The notes under the pieces were generated by a model. That model made no database searches, was not told the DNA's origin, and was given only the letters and a program-made list of their open reading frames with translations. 64,000 bases of DNA from Alphaproteobacteria bacterium (GTDB taxonomy: Bacteria > Pseudomonadota > Alphaproteobacteria > UBA828): contig SHWC01000004.1 of assembly GCA_009691045.1 (NCBI GenBank), positions 8,518-72,517 on the forward strand, in the 5' to 3' direction. Both the position numbers and the translations under genes were made by a program. The first letter of the stretch is position 1. The number at the start of each line of letters is the position of its first letter. Below, in pieces: positions 9,963-19,376 of the stretch.

Positions 9963-10636
9963 ACGAACGCGCCGCCCTCGCTGGTTTCTTGCGCTTTCAA
10001 AGGACGTCGCCGCTGGGTCGAAACCCGCGTTTCGCCGGGCGGCGGTTCGGCATAGCCGATCCCCGAGCCATCGTGAGCTGCCAAAACCTTGGCGAAGCCG
10101 AGGGTCGCAAAACCCTCCGAGGACCGCGTATATCCGTTCTGGTGGAAGCGGCCGCCCACACAGGCACTGACCAGCCAGTAATAATCGTCCGACCAAAGCT
10201 CGATGTCGCCCGGCGGCACTTCGGCAAAGCGCGCCGCCTTGAGCACGCCGCGCAATGCATCGAGATCGCCAGCAGCCAGAAGCGCGCGGTGACTGCCCTG
10301 CTCAAGCAGCCAATTTTCGAAACCGAATTGGAAGGCGCCGATATGGCGACCTCCAAGCACACGGGTCACTTGCCGCCCCTCGCCGGTTCCCAGATCAACA
10401 GTGACCTCGTAGAAACGAACCTGACGGCTGTATTCCGCGTTATAGATAAAGCGATAGCGCTCCGCCCCGTTTTCCGCGCAGGCCGTACGAATGTCATCCG
10501 CCGCAAGAAAGCTGAAATAGGTCAACCGACGATCAACCGGATTATTGGATGGCCCACTATAGGAACAAGACGCCAGCGCCACACTCGCAACGAGCGCCAA
10601 TGCGACGACGAAGATCAACGGTCGGTGTTGGATCAT
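9944..10636 (-). CDS. Hypothetical lipoprotein
   Basis: 230 aa. It has a signal peptide with a lipobox (LVASVALASC). I recognise no family. Confidence 0.6.
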   Translation of the reverse strand: MIQHRPLIFVVALALVASVALASCSYSGPSNNPVDRRLTYFSFLAADDIRTACAENGAERYRFIYNAEYSRQVRFYEVTVDLGTGEGRQVTRVLGGRHIGAFQFGFENWLLEQGSHRALLAAGDLDALRGVLKAARFAEVPPGDIELWSDDYYWLVSACVGGRFHQNGYTRSSEGFATLGFAKVLAAHDGSGIGYAEPPPGETRVSTQRRRPLKAQETSEGGAFVYVVEP

Positions 10637-10696
10637 GGTGCCCTAGCTCTCCGACAGGCTTGAAGAAGTATCGCTCACCCTTTATGTGCAGCAAAC

Positions 10697-11203
10697 ATGA
10701 ATGCTGACGCCCGGCCCTATTTTTTCTTCGGTACGCTGATGGACCATGAGGTCTTGGGTATCGTGCTCGGTCGTGACCCAACCCCATTGCGCATCGAGCC
10801 GGCTCGCCTTGGCGGTTTTCGCCGATTGAGGGTCAAAGGCGAGAGCTATCCAACGCTTGAGGCGACGGCCGGCGGCCACGTCGATGGGCGCTTGGTTTGG
10901 GGGCTGGAGGCCACCGATATCGCCCGCATCGCCTTCTATGAAGGCGAGGAGTATTACCAGTCTCATATCGAGGTCAGGTGCGCCGACGGAGCCACGCAGG
11001 TGGCGCTGACCTTCGCGACCGACCCAAATATCGCCACCGCGGGCGATTGGGATTTCGAACATTGGCGTTCAATGGACCGACCGCACATCGTCGCCGCCGC
11101 GCAAGCGTTCATGCGGCATTACGGATCGGTCAGCGATGCATCGGTTTCAGATCGGCGGTGGCGTGAGGCGCGCGCCAGGGCCCGCCGGTTGCTCAAGGTT
11201 TGA
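10697..11203 (+). CDS. Gamma-glutamylcyclotransferase-like (GGCT/AIG2-like) family protein
   Basis: 168 aa. The N-terminal YFFFGTLMDHEVL motif is typical of the GGCT-like fold. Confidence 0.65.
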   Translation: MNADARPYFFFGTLMDHEVLGIVLGRDPTPLRIEPARLGGFRRLRVKGESYPTLEATAGGHVDGRLVWGLEATDIARIAFYEGEEYYQSHIEVRCADGATQVALTFATDPNIATAGDWDFEHWRSMDRPHIVAAAQAFMRHYGSVSDASVSDRRWREARARARRLLKV

Positions 11204-12488
11204 GCGAAGCCACCCGCTTATTGGGATTGTCATAGGCCATTGACATGGTCATGACCATGCACGGCACCTTGGTCCGGCTCAACGCCTTACAGACCTTATA
11301 GGCATCGCCTTTGCTGAGGCCCAAGAACGCCGCGCGATAGAGCATCTTACCACGCTTGCGTTTGACCGGGCTGACATCGGTGGCCGTACCTTCAACCAAC
11401 TCGCCAACTTTAAGCGAGACCTTCTCGATCGCCGCTTCGGCCGCCAATTCGGAATCATAGGCCCCAACCTGGATCGAAAATCGCTTCTTGCTGGCGGGAA
11501 GGTCGGCCGTCGCCCCCTTCATGCTGAGGGCCCGTTTGCCTTCGACATCGCCTTGCGGCGCCAAATCCAGCGCTTTGCTGGCGATCTGCCCGGCTTTCTT
11601 CTTGGCCACGCGCTCGGCCACTTTAAGCGGCCCGCGGTCGGCAACTTTGAGATCGCGCGGCATCGGCCCGACGCCGAAGGCGCCATCAAGGAGCCGCATC
11701 GCCTGCCGATCGCGCTGATGGCCGGTATCGCCGCCCAGCACAACAGCGACAAGGCGGCGCCCTGCCCGCTCGGCGGAAGCGACCAGATTAAAACCCGAGG
11801 CCTGGGTAAAGCCGGTCTTGATACCATCGGCGCCGCGATAGCGACCGAGCAATTTATTGTGGTTGGCGAAACTCAGACCGTTGTAGTCGAACGACGCGGT
11901 CGAGAAGAAGCGATAATATTTTGGATAATCGCGTCGCAGCGCAATGGCAAGAAGTGCCAAATCGCGCGCGCTGCTGACCTGATCAGGATCGGGCAAGCCG
12001 GAGGCATTGCGAAAGGTCGTCTGCTTCATACCGAGCTTGCGGGCCTGTTGCGTCATCAATAACGCAAAACGATCCTCATTACCGCCGAGCGCCTCGGCAA
12101 CCACAACCGCGACGTCATTCGCCGATTTGGTGACCAACGCGAGGATGGCGTCCTCGACTTTGATCGTATCGCCCTTCTCCAAACCGACCTTGGAACGCGG
12201 CTGCTTGCCGGCTTCTGCCGAGGCCTTGAGCGGCGAATTGAGCTTGAGTTCGCCTTTCTCGATCGCCGAGAAGAGCAAATAGAGCGTCATCATTTTGGTC
12301 AGTGACGCCGGATAATTCAGCTCATCCGCGTTGCGCTCGTGAACCACCTGCCCCGTTGCCTGATCAACCACGATGGCCGCATAACCGGCGAACGCATGGT
12401 TCGCGCCGACGCCAGTCGCCGCCAGAGCAACAAAGACCGCGACGGCGATTCCACTTCGCGTCAGCCAATGGCGCAGCCGAATCAACAT
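11193..12488 (-). CDS. Serine-type D-Ala-D-Ala carboxypeptidase (peptidase S11) with a C-terminal SPOR domain
   Basis: 431 aa with a signal peptide. It has SLTK (SxxK), SAND (SxN) and KTGFT (KTG) motifs. The C-terminal FSIQVGAYDSELAAEAA...YRAAFLGL is SPOR-like. Confidence 0.88.
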   Translation of the reverse strand: MLIRLRHWLTRSGIAVAVFVALAATGVGANHAFAGYAAIVVDQATGQVVHERNADELNYPASLTKMMTLYLLFSAIEKGELKLNSPLKASAEAGKQPRSKVGLEKGDTIKVEDAILALVTKSANDVAVVVAEALGGNEDRFALLMTQQARKLGMKQTTFRNASGLPDPDQVSSARDLALLAIALRRDYPKYYRFFSTASFDYNGLSFANHNKLLGRYRGADGIKTGFTQASGFNLVASAERAGRRLVAVVLGGDTGHQRDRQAMRLLDGAFGVGPMPRDLKVADRGPLKVAERVAKKKAGQIASKALDLAPQGDVEGKRALSMKGATADLPASKKRFSIQVGAYDSELAAEAAIEKVSLKVGELVEGTATDVSPVKRKRGKMLYRAAFLGLSKGDAYKVCKALSRTKVPCMVMTMSMAYDNPNKRVASLKP

Positions 12489-12520
12489 ATTGGGTAACCT
12501 TGCCGAAAATTGATGCTCTG

Positions 12521-12571
12521 ATTAACTCTTATCAACGATTGGTGAATCATTCGTCAAGTGAAAGAGTTAAT
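12521..12571. promoter_or_regulatory. 10-bp perfect inverted repeat (ATTAACTCTT / AAGAGTTAAT) in the AT-rich spacer upstream of the DD-carboxypeptidase gene
   Basis: The arms are at 12521-12530 and 12562-12571, separated by 31 nt. On the minus strand the interval contains TTGACG-N17-TGATAA, which is weakly promoter-like. Confidence 0.4.
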
Positions 12572-12597
12572 TAGATAATGCTGTCGACCCGCAGTCG

Positions 12598-14022
12598 TCA
12601 TTGCTTGGGGCGCCTCCAATGCTGGGGACGAGCCATTTCAAAGGCGCGCGCGGCGCGCAACACACCGACATCATCGAACGGCCGACCGACGATTTGTAGG
12701 CCGACCGGCAGGCCTCGCGCGGTTAATCCGCACGGCACCGTGGCGGCGGGCTGCCCGGTTAAATTGAATGGATAGGTAAACGGACTCCAATCATCCCAGC
12801 GTTCGCCATTGGGTCCGAGCGGCGCGTCGCCCGGTATAGGTTGGGTCGATATGGCGGCGAGAGAAAACGCCGGCAAGGGCATGGTTGGCGTAATCAAAAA
12901 GTCATAATGTTGATGGAACGCCCGCATCGCGGCGCTGAAATTGAGCCGCGCGGTGGCATTGTTCAAATAATCTGCGATCGTAATCTTTTCGCCTTCCTTG
13001 GCGATCGCGACAAACCCCGGATCGAGCACCTCGCGCTGCGTCGCGCTGAAGGATCGATAAAGCTGCGTCGCACCGGCGTACCAGACGGTGCGAAACATAC
13101 CGAGTGGATTGGCAAAGCCGGGCTCTGCCTCTGCAACCGTGGCACCGGCTGACGTGAACGCTCCAACCGCCTCTCGAACCAGTTTGGCGACCTCGGCATC
13201 GACTTGCGCATAACCAAGCGCGGGGCTGAACGCGATGCGCGCGCCGGCAATCCCAGCATCAAGCGCGCTCAAATAGTCGCGTGGCTCGTAGGGCAGGCCA
13301 TTGGCATCGCGCGCATCAGGTTCCGCGATCACACTCAGCATCAAGGCCGCATCCGCCACTGAATACGCCATCGGCCCGAGATGGGAAAGCGAGGCGAAGG
13401 GGCTCGGCGGATAGACCGCGACGCGCCCGAAGCTCGCCTTGATGCCAAAGACGCCGCAGAACGACGATGGAATGCGGATTGAGCCACCGCCATCGGTCCC
13501 GATGTGGAGCGTGCCAAGCCCGAGCGACGCCGCGACGCCAGCACCGCCCGATGACCCACCCGGCGTGTGATCGGGGTTCCACGGATTGCGCGTGATGCCG
13601 GTCAGCGGGCTATCGGTCAGCCCCTTCCAGCCATATTCGGGTGTCGTGGTCTTGCCCAGAAAGACGGCTCCGTGGTCACGCAAGCGCGCGACCGCCGGCG
13701 CATCCTCATTCCAGGGTTGATCGGGATTGACCGAGCGTGAGCCCCGCCGCGTGGGCCAACCTTTTGAAAGCACCAGATCTTTGATCGTGGTTGGCACGCC
13801 ATCGACGCGCCCCAACGGCTCACCCTTGCGCCAGCGCGCTTCGGAAGCCCGCGCCGAAGCAAGCGCCGCCTCATGATCGACCAGGCAGAAGGCGTTGAGC
13901 CGCTTGTTGTGCCGGTCAATGGCCGCGAGCGCCGCCTTGGTGACCTCGACCGGCGATAGCTCACGCGTTCGATAAAGGTCAATCTGACGCACCGCCGACA
14001 AATGATTGAGATCTTCGCTCAC
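12598..14022 (-). CDS. Amidase (amidase-signature family)
   Basis: It has the GGSSGG signature and a GTDGGGSIRIPS motif. I chose the GTG at 14022, preceded by AAGGGAG. The ORF-track start at 14061 would overlap the upstream gene by 20 nt. Confidence 0.85.
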   Translation of the reverse strand: MSEDLNHLSAVRQIDLYRTRELSPVEVTKAALAAIDRHNKRLNAFCLVDHEAALASARASEARWRKGEPLGRVDGVPTTIKDLVLSKGWPTRRGSRSVNPDQPWNEDAPAVARLRDHGAVFLGKTTTPEYGWKGLTDSPLTGITRNPWNPDHTPGGSSGGAGVAASLGLGTLHIGTDGGGSIRIPSSFCGVFGIKASFGRVAVYPPSPFASLSHLGPMAYSVADAALMLSVIAEPDARDANGLPYEPRDYLSALDAGIAGARIAFSPALGYAQVDAEVAKLVREAVGAFTSAGATVAEAEPGFANPLGMFRTVWYAGATQLYRSFSATQREVLDPGFVAIAKEGEKITIADYLNNATARLNFSAAMRAFHQHYDFLITPTMPLPAFSLAAISTQPIPGDAPLGPNGERWDDWSPFTYPFNLTGQPAATVPCGLTARGLPVGLQIVGRPFDDVGVLRAARAFEMARPQHWRRPKQ

Positions 14023-14041
14023 GTTCCCTACTCCCTTCGCT

Positions 14042-15457
14042 TCAGAATCCCGGCGTGGCAATGCCGCTGGCCAGAAGCACGCGTCTGAGTTCGGCCTTTA
14101 GCCGCTCAAGGCCGTCCGACGTTTTCGATTCCGCGCGTGCAACCAACGCCGGCTGCGTGTTCGAGGCGCGGAGCAGCCACCAACCGTCGCTCGTCGTGAC
14201 CCGTACACCATCGATCTCAATCATGTCCGCACCGGCTTTTTTGAGCTGCTGCCTGACCTCCCGCACGATGCCGCACTTCCGCGCCTCCGCGCACTCGATG
14301 CGCAGTTCAGGTGTATTCTGCATGGCGGGAAAACGATCGAGCATGGCCGAGAGCGGCTCGCTTGTCCCACCCAGTAACGCAAGTAATCTGATCGCCGCAT
14401 AAAGCGCATCGTCGAAGCCGTAATAATCGTCGGCAATGAAGATATGCCCGCTCATTTCGCCGGCGAGCGGCGCGCCAACCTCCGCCATCCTGGCCTTGAT
14501 CAGCGAATGGCCGGTCTTCCAAAGCTGCGCGGGGGCCCCGAGCGTATTCTCGATATATACCGTTGCCGCCGCGCTCGATTTGACATCGAGAATAATCGGG
14601 CGCGTCTTGCCTTGATGCGCCACCACATCGCGCGCGAGCAAGGCGACTAGTTGATCGCCCCAAACAATCCGCCCCCGCCCGTCGACCACCCCGATGCGAT
14701 CGCCATCGCCGTCGAACGCAATGCCTAAATCGAGCCGCTCGCTTTTAACCGCCGCGATGAGTTCCACCAAATTCGCCGGCACGGTGGGATCCGGATGGTG
14801 CGCCGGAAAATTACCGTCGATCGTCGCGTTGAGCACGACATGGTGCCCCGGCAGAAGCGGCACGATTTGGCTGAGAACGTCGCCCATCGCACCATTGCCC
14901 GCATCCCACCCGACACGGAGCGGGCGTTCCCGCTCGGCCGGCAAACCCTGCCGCACACGCGCCACATAGGCGGCACGAAGATCCTTGGTCAAAAGCGCGC
15001 CCGTGCCGTACACGAACCGCCCTTCCGCCGCCAAATGTCCGATGGCTTGAATGTCATCGCCATAGATCGGTTTGGCGTGATCGGCGGTCAGTTTGAAGCC
15101 GTTATAATCTGGCGCGTTGTGTGAGCCGGTCACCATGACGCCGCCATCGGCGGCCAGCGCATGAACGCCATAATAAAGCATCGGTGTTGGCCCAAGACCG
15201 AGATCGGTTACCTCAAGGCCGCTGGCGATCAATCCTTCAATAAGCGACGCCGAAAGCGCCGGCGAACTTAGGCGGCCATCCCGCGCCACGCACACCCGCA
15301 TCTGGGACTTCTGGTTCGTCGCGCGGCGTTCCGCCAATAAAGCTGCCATGGCTCGGCCGAGCGCCAAAGCGTCGGCCTCGCTCAAGGTCTCTCCGACGAT
15401 ACCTCTCAGATCATATTCGCGCAGGATCGTCGGGTCGAAGCGATGCGGCACGCTCAT
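14042..15457 (-). CDS. Phosphomannomutase/phosphoglucomutase
   Basis: 471 aa. It has the TGSHNAPDYNGFK active-site serine loop, the DGDGDR metal loop and GEMSGH. Confidence 0.92.
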   Translation of the reverse strand: MSVPHRFDPTILREYDLRGIVGETLSEADALALGRAMAALLAERRATNQKSQMRVCVARDGRLSSPALSASLIEGLIASGLEVTDLGLGPTPMLYYGVHALAADGGVMVTGSHNAPDYNGFKLTADHAKPIYGDDIQAIGHLAAEGRFVYGTGALLTKDLRAAYVARVRQGLPAERERPLRVGWDAGNGAMGDVLSQIVPLLPGHHVVLNATIDGNFPAHHPDPTVPANLVELIAAVKSERLDLGIAFDGDGDRIGVVDGRGRIVWGDQLVALLARDVVAHQGKTRPIILDVKSSAAATVYIENTLGAPAQLWKTGHSLIKARMAEVGAPLAGEMSGHIFIADDYYGFDDALYAAIRLLALLGGTSEPLSAMLDRFPAMQNTPELRIECAEARKCGIVREVRQQLKKAGADMIEIDGVRVTTSDGWWLLRASNTQPALVARAESKTSDGLERLKAELRRVLLASGIATPGF

Positions 15458-16785
15458 GCCGCTCCCGTGGGCTCCGGAAAGGCCGCCACGCGCCCGACAC
15501 TGACGTAGATGAAGCCGGCAGCCGCCATTTCATCCCGTCGATAAATATTGCGAAGATCGACAACGATCGGCCGACGCATGAGGCTCTTCATCCGCACAAA
15601 ATCAAGCGCGCGAAATTCATTCCATTCGGTCAGAATGGCCAGAGCATCAGCGCCCTCCATGCAATGATAGGCATCGGTGGCCCACTCCACGCCATCAAGC
15701 AAGGGACGCGCCTCTTCCATGCCCTGCGGGTCATAGACCCGCACAAGCGCGCCCGCCGCCTGCAAGGTCGGAATGATGGTCAGGCTCGGGCTCTCACGCA
15801 CATCGTCGGTATTCGGTTTGAACGTGACGCCGAGCACCGCGATCCGCCGGCCCTTCACCTCGCCGCACGCCTCGATGATTTTCTCCGCCATATTGATTTT
15901 GCGCGCTTCATTGACCGCGACGACCGCCTCGACGATCCGGCTCGGCGCGCCAGCCTCCTCGGCGATACGCACGAAGGCCCGCGTATCCTTCGGGAAGCAT
16001 GAGCCGCCAAAGCCTGGCCCGGCATGGAGAAACTTCTTTCCGATACGGCCATCGAGACCGATCCCCTCGGCAACGTCCTGCACATTGGCGCCAACCCGCT
16101 CGCAAATATCGGCGATCTCGTTGATGAAAGTGATCTTGGTCGCGAGAAACGCGTTGGCCGCGTATTTGATCAGCTCGGCGGTTTCGCGCTTGGTAAACAG
16201 GATCGGCGTTTTCAATAAAAACAACGGGCGATAAAGCGTGGCCATAATCTGCGCCGCGCGCTCATTGTCGGCGCCCACCACCACCCGGTCGGGATGCATG
16301 AAGTCCTCGATCGCCGATCCCTCGCGCAGGAACTCCGGATTGGACGCGACGTCGACATCGGCGTCTGGCCGAACCTCACGAATGATCCGTTCGATCTCAC
16401 GGCTGGTGCCAACCGGCACGGTCGATTTGGTGGCGATCACCGTATAGCCGCTGAGCGCGGCCGCAACGTCGCGGGCCGCCGCATAAGTGTGCGTCAAATC
16501 AGCATGCCCATCGCCGCGTCGGCTGGGCGTTCCGACCGCGATCATGACCACGTCCGCGTTCGGCACCGCCTCTTCGATCCGCGTCGTGAATTTGAGCCGA
16601 CCGGCCCGCGCGTTATTGACGACCAACGTCTCAAGCCCGGGTTCATAAATCGGAATAATTCCTTGCCGCAGCGCCTCGATCTTCACTCGATCGGTATCGA
16701 CGCAACTGACCTCGTGACCGAACTCGGAAAAACAAGCGCCCGAAACGAGCCCGACATAGCCCGTGCCGATCATCGCGACGTGCAT
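15454..16785 (-). CDS. ugd: UDP-glucose 6-dehydrogenase
   Basis: 443 aa. It has the N-terminal GTGYVGLVSGACF Rossmann motif and the GGSCFPKD catalytic Cys motif. There is a 4-nt overlap with the downstream PMM/PGM gene. Confidence 0.93.
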   Translation of the reverse strand: MHVAMIGTGYVGLVSGACFSEFGHEVSCVDTDRVKIEALRQGIIPIYEPGLETLVVNNARAGRLKFTTRIEEAVPNADVVMIAVGTPSRRGDGHADLTHTYAAARDVAAALSGYTVIATKSTVPVGTSREIERIIREVRPDADVDVASNPEFLREGSAIEDFMHPDRVVVGADNERAAQIMATLYRPLFLLKTPILFTKRETAELIKYAANAFLATKITFINEIADICERVGANVQDVAEGIGLDGRIGKKFLHAGPGFGGSCFPKDTRAFVRIAEEAGAPSRIVEAVVAVNEARKINMAEKIIEACGEVKGRRIAVLGVTFKPNTDDVRESPSLTIIPTLQAAGALVRVYDPQGMEEARPLLDGVEWATDAYHCMEGADALAILTEWNEFRALDFVRMKSLMRRPIVVDLRNIYRRDEMAAAGFIYVSVGRVAAFPEPTGAA

Positions 16786-16824
16786 GATCTAGTTCCTTCT
16801 CCCGATGGGCGTTTGGCGCATTGT

Positions 16825-17700
16825 CTAGTCTGCACCTCTGATGTCGCGAAAAAACGCGGTCAGTTCTTCGCGTAGGTCCGGCCGCTGCATCGCATAGGCA
16901 ATCGTCGCCTTCAGAAAACCGGCCTTGCTGCCACAATCGAAGCGCTGCCCCTTGAAGCGGAGCCCATGAAATGGCGTCGCACCCAGCAAACGAGCCAATG
17001 AATCCGTCAATTGGATTTCACCGCCCACACCCCGTTCTTGACGCCCAAGTTCTGCGAAAACCGACGGCTGCAATATATAGCGCCCGATAATCGACGTGGT
17101 TGACGGTGCCTGCGCTGGCTCCGGCTTTTCGATCATGCCCTTGATCTCGACGATTTGGCCATCATCCTTTGCGATATCGACAATGCCGTAGCGATTGGTC
17201 TGCTCCCTTGGCACCTCGGCCAAAGCGAAGACACAACCATCGACCCGCTCATAAAGCGACACAAGTTGCGTGAGGCACGGTGTCTCAGCGAGCACGAGTT
17301 CATCGGCCAACAACACCGCGAAGGGCTCATCGCCAACCAAATGACGCGCGCACCAAACCGCGTGACCGAGGCCGAGCGGCTCCTGTTGACGGGTATAGGC
17401 GACCGCGCCCGGAGGCAGCCGCAACATGCCAAGCGCCTCTGGGTCACGCTGGCCTCGCGCGGCCAGCAATGCCTCAAGCTCCGCCGAATGATCGAAATGA
17501 TCTTCGATCGCGGTCTTGCCGCGCCCGGTGACAAAAATGAATTCCTCGATGCCGGCCGCCCTCGCCTCCTCGACCGCATATTGAATGAGCGGCTTATCGA
17601 CCACAGTCAGCATTTCCTTGGGCGTCGCCTTGGTCGCCGGCAGAAATCTGGTGCCCATCCCGCCCACGGGAAAGACAGCCTTCTTAATCGGTCGCGGCAT
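16825..17700 (-). CDS. galU: UTP--glucose-1-phosphate uridylyltransferase
   Basis: 291 aa. It has KAVFPVGGMGTRFLPATKATPKEML and VEKP-type motifs. Confidence 0.93.
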   Translation of the reverse strand: MPRPIKKAVFPVGGMGTRFLPATKATPKEMLTVVDKPLIQYAVEEARAAGIEEFIFVTGRGKTAIEDHFDHSAELEALLAARGQRDPEALGMLRLPPGAVAYTRQQEPLGLGHAVWCARHLVGDEPFAVLLADELVLAETPCLTQLVSLYERVDGCVFALAEVPREQTNRYGIVDIAKDDGQIVEIKGMIEKPEPAQAPSTTSIIGRYILQPSVFAELGRQERGVGGEIQLTDSLARLLGATPFHGLRFKGQRFDCGSKAGFLKATIAYAMQRPDLREELTAFFRDIRGAD

Positions 17701-17718
17701 GATGATCCTAAGGGCTCA

Positions 17719-18468
17719 CTATTCGCCAAGAAGGACGCGCTTCGCCTCATTTAGCTTGGCGGCGATGTATTTGGAACCGCCATGATCGGGGTGGTTGAGC
17801 TTGATCGAGCGTCGCCAGGCCGCCATGACCGCGTCGCGGTCAGCCCCTTCCGCCACGCCTAGGAGTTCAAGCGCCTCGGCACGGCCCATCTCTGGCCCAC
17901 TACCCGGCGCCCGCGCAGATTGCTCGGAGTCCCCGGAATTCGCTGTTCCCGCGCCCGGTCGATCGGCCCGCCAATCAGCCCCAAACATACGGTCGAGGTA
18001 GTTTTCCACCAGCCGCGCCGAGGGCAGGTCATTGGCCTCGCATTCAACCAGCAACGCCAGAAGTTCGTCGCGGTCGAGTGAGCCTAGCTCTCGGCCCATA
18101 AAACGCCCGCGCAAAACCTCGCCCCGCATCTCGCCCGAGTCGTGATCAAGCGCCATCCGCAAATAGGCCGTCTCGACCGCCGAGTGCTGCGCGCCACCAG
18201 CGCCGCTATTGGTTGCGGGGCGCGACCTCGCCGTCGCGCCCCGCCAGCGCCGCCACAACAAGAAAGACACCACTACAATCAAGAGAAGCGGTAGCAATTG
18301 CGGGCGAACGAGAATGAGAACCACCACCACGACGAAACCGAGCCCGATCGCCCCCCAACGCAAGGCCTTCGCGACGCTGGCGGGATTGGCGCGCGCGAAC
18401 CAACTGGCGATCCCAACGCCAAGGCCAACCGCGATCAGGCCGACAATGATCAGGAGAATGGGCGACAT
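17719..18468 (-). CDS. Membrane-anchored J-domain (DnaJ-like) protein
   Basis: 249 aa. It has two N-terminal TM helices, a Gly/Ser/Ala linker and a C-terminal J domain (ALELLGV...AWRRSIKLNHPDHGGS...LNEAKRVL) containing HPD. Confidence 0.8.
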   Translation of the reverse strand: MSPILLIIVGLIAVGLGVGIASWFARANPASVAKALRWGAIGLGFVVVVVLILVRPQLLPLLLIVVVSFLLWRRWRGATARSRPATNSGAGGAQHSAVETAYLRMALDHDSGEMRGEVLRGRFMGRELGSLDRDELLALLVECEANDLPSARLVENYLDRMFGADWRADRPGAGTANSGDSEQSARAPGSGPEMGRAEALELLGVAEGADRDAVMAAWRRSIKLNHPDHGGSKYIAAKLNEAKRVLLGE

Positions 18469-18540
18469 AGTCTGCTTCCATACACTTAAACGAGGTCGCG
18501 CCGGGGCGACGCCCCAGCCTATCAGGAATCGTGCGGGCCG

Positions 18541-19173
18541 CTATTTTAAGAGATGGCTGAGTTGACGAACCTCGGCCCCGGACCGGCGTGAATAGTCGCT
18601 CAACGCGGCCGCGCCGCCGACCGCGTAGATCGCGACCGCCGCGAGCAGGTCACGCAGGAGCCGCGGGCTCGAGGGATCGAAGCTCAGATAGGCCCCCCGG
18701 CTCAAGCGCGCGATTTGCCGAAAGGTCTCGGCCGCGACCGGGTCATCGCCCTCCTGAAAGACAAAGACCGGAACCCCGAGCAAACCAAGCTCGCCCGCCA
18801 AAGCCTTGAGGCTGTCCGCGTCTTCTTCCAGGCTATCGCCGACATAGACCACGGCGTTGACCTTGACGCGCTTCGCTTCGCCAACAGCGTGCCGTAGGAC
18901 GCGGACGATCTGGGTGGCACCGCGCGCGCAGCGAACACCGGCCATGTGATCGACCAAGGCGCGGGAATTGACCACCCAGGGTGTGGTCCGAAATTCTTCC
19001 ATGCCGCGAAAATAGGCGAGTTGGACGGCAAGCCCGCCCTGGCCATCGGTCGCTGTAAACATCTCGCTCTGAATGTCGCACGCCTGATCCCAGGTCGGTT
19101 GACGGCTCGCGGTCGCATCGAGCGCGAACAGGAGGCGTCCCTTCGGCGCCGGCACGCGCGCCGCAGCAGCCAA
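18541..19173 (-). CDS. VWA (von Willebrand factor A)-like domain protein
   Basis: 210 aa. It has LLFALDATAS (a MIDAS-like DxTxS) followed by alternating beta/alpha pattern (VVYVGDS...VPVFVFQEG). The start codon is uncertain: TTG at 19173 with no good SD. Confidence 0.6.
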   Translation of the reverse strand: MAAAARVPAPKGRLLFALDATASRQPTWDQACDIQSEMFTATDGQGGLAVQLAYFRGMEEFRTTPWVVNSRALVDHMAGVRCARGATQIVRVLRHAVGEAKRVKVNAVVYVGDSLEEDADSLKALAGELGLLGVPVFVFQEGDDPVAAETFRQIARLSRGAYLSFDPSSPRLLRDLLAAVAIYAVGGAAALSDYSRRSGAEVRQLSHLLK

Positions 19174-19274
19174 AAAGGTGTCGACCTCGGCCTCCTTGGC
19201 ACGAAGCGCGGGCGCGGGCTGTATGCCGTCACGACGAGGCGGGATTGATCGTTGAGTCAGGGTGTTGCCCCTAT

Positions 19275-19296
19275 GGTTGAACGTTCATATTCAACC
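19275..19296. promoter_or_regulatory. Overlapping palindromes about 100 nt upstream of the VWA gene
   Basis: The sequence is GGTTGAACGTTCATATTCAACC. It forms a 7-bp stem GGTTGAA/TTCAACC and contains an internal perfect 10-bp palindrome TGAACGTTCA (19278-19287). No U-tract follows on either strand. Confidence 0.35.
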
Positions 19297-19376
19297 AGAT
19301 AGAGGGTTCTTACCGCTCTGCCAAGGGACGAAGGGAGGATCCCGCAATCTCGTTAGAGACGCGGCCTAAGCATCTC

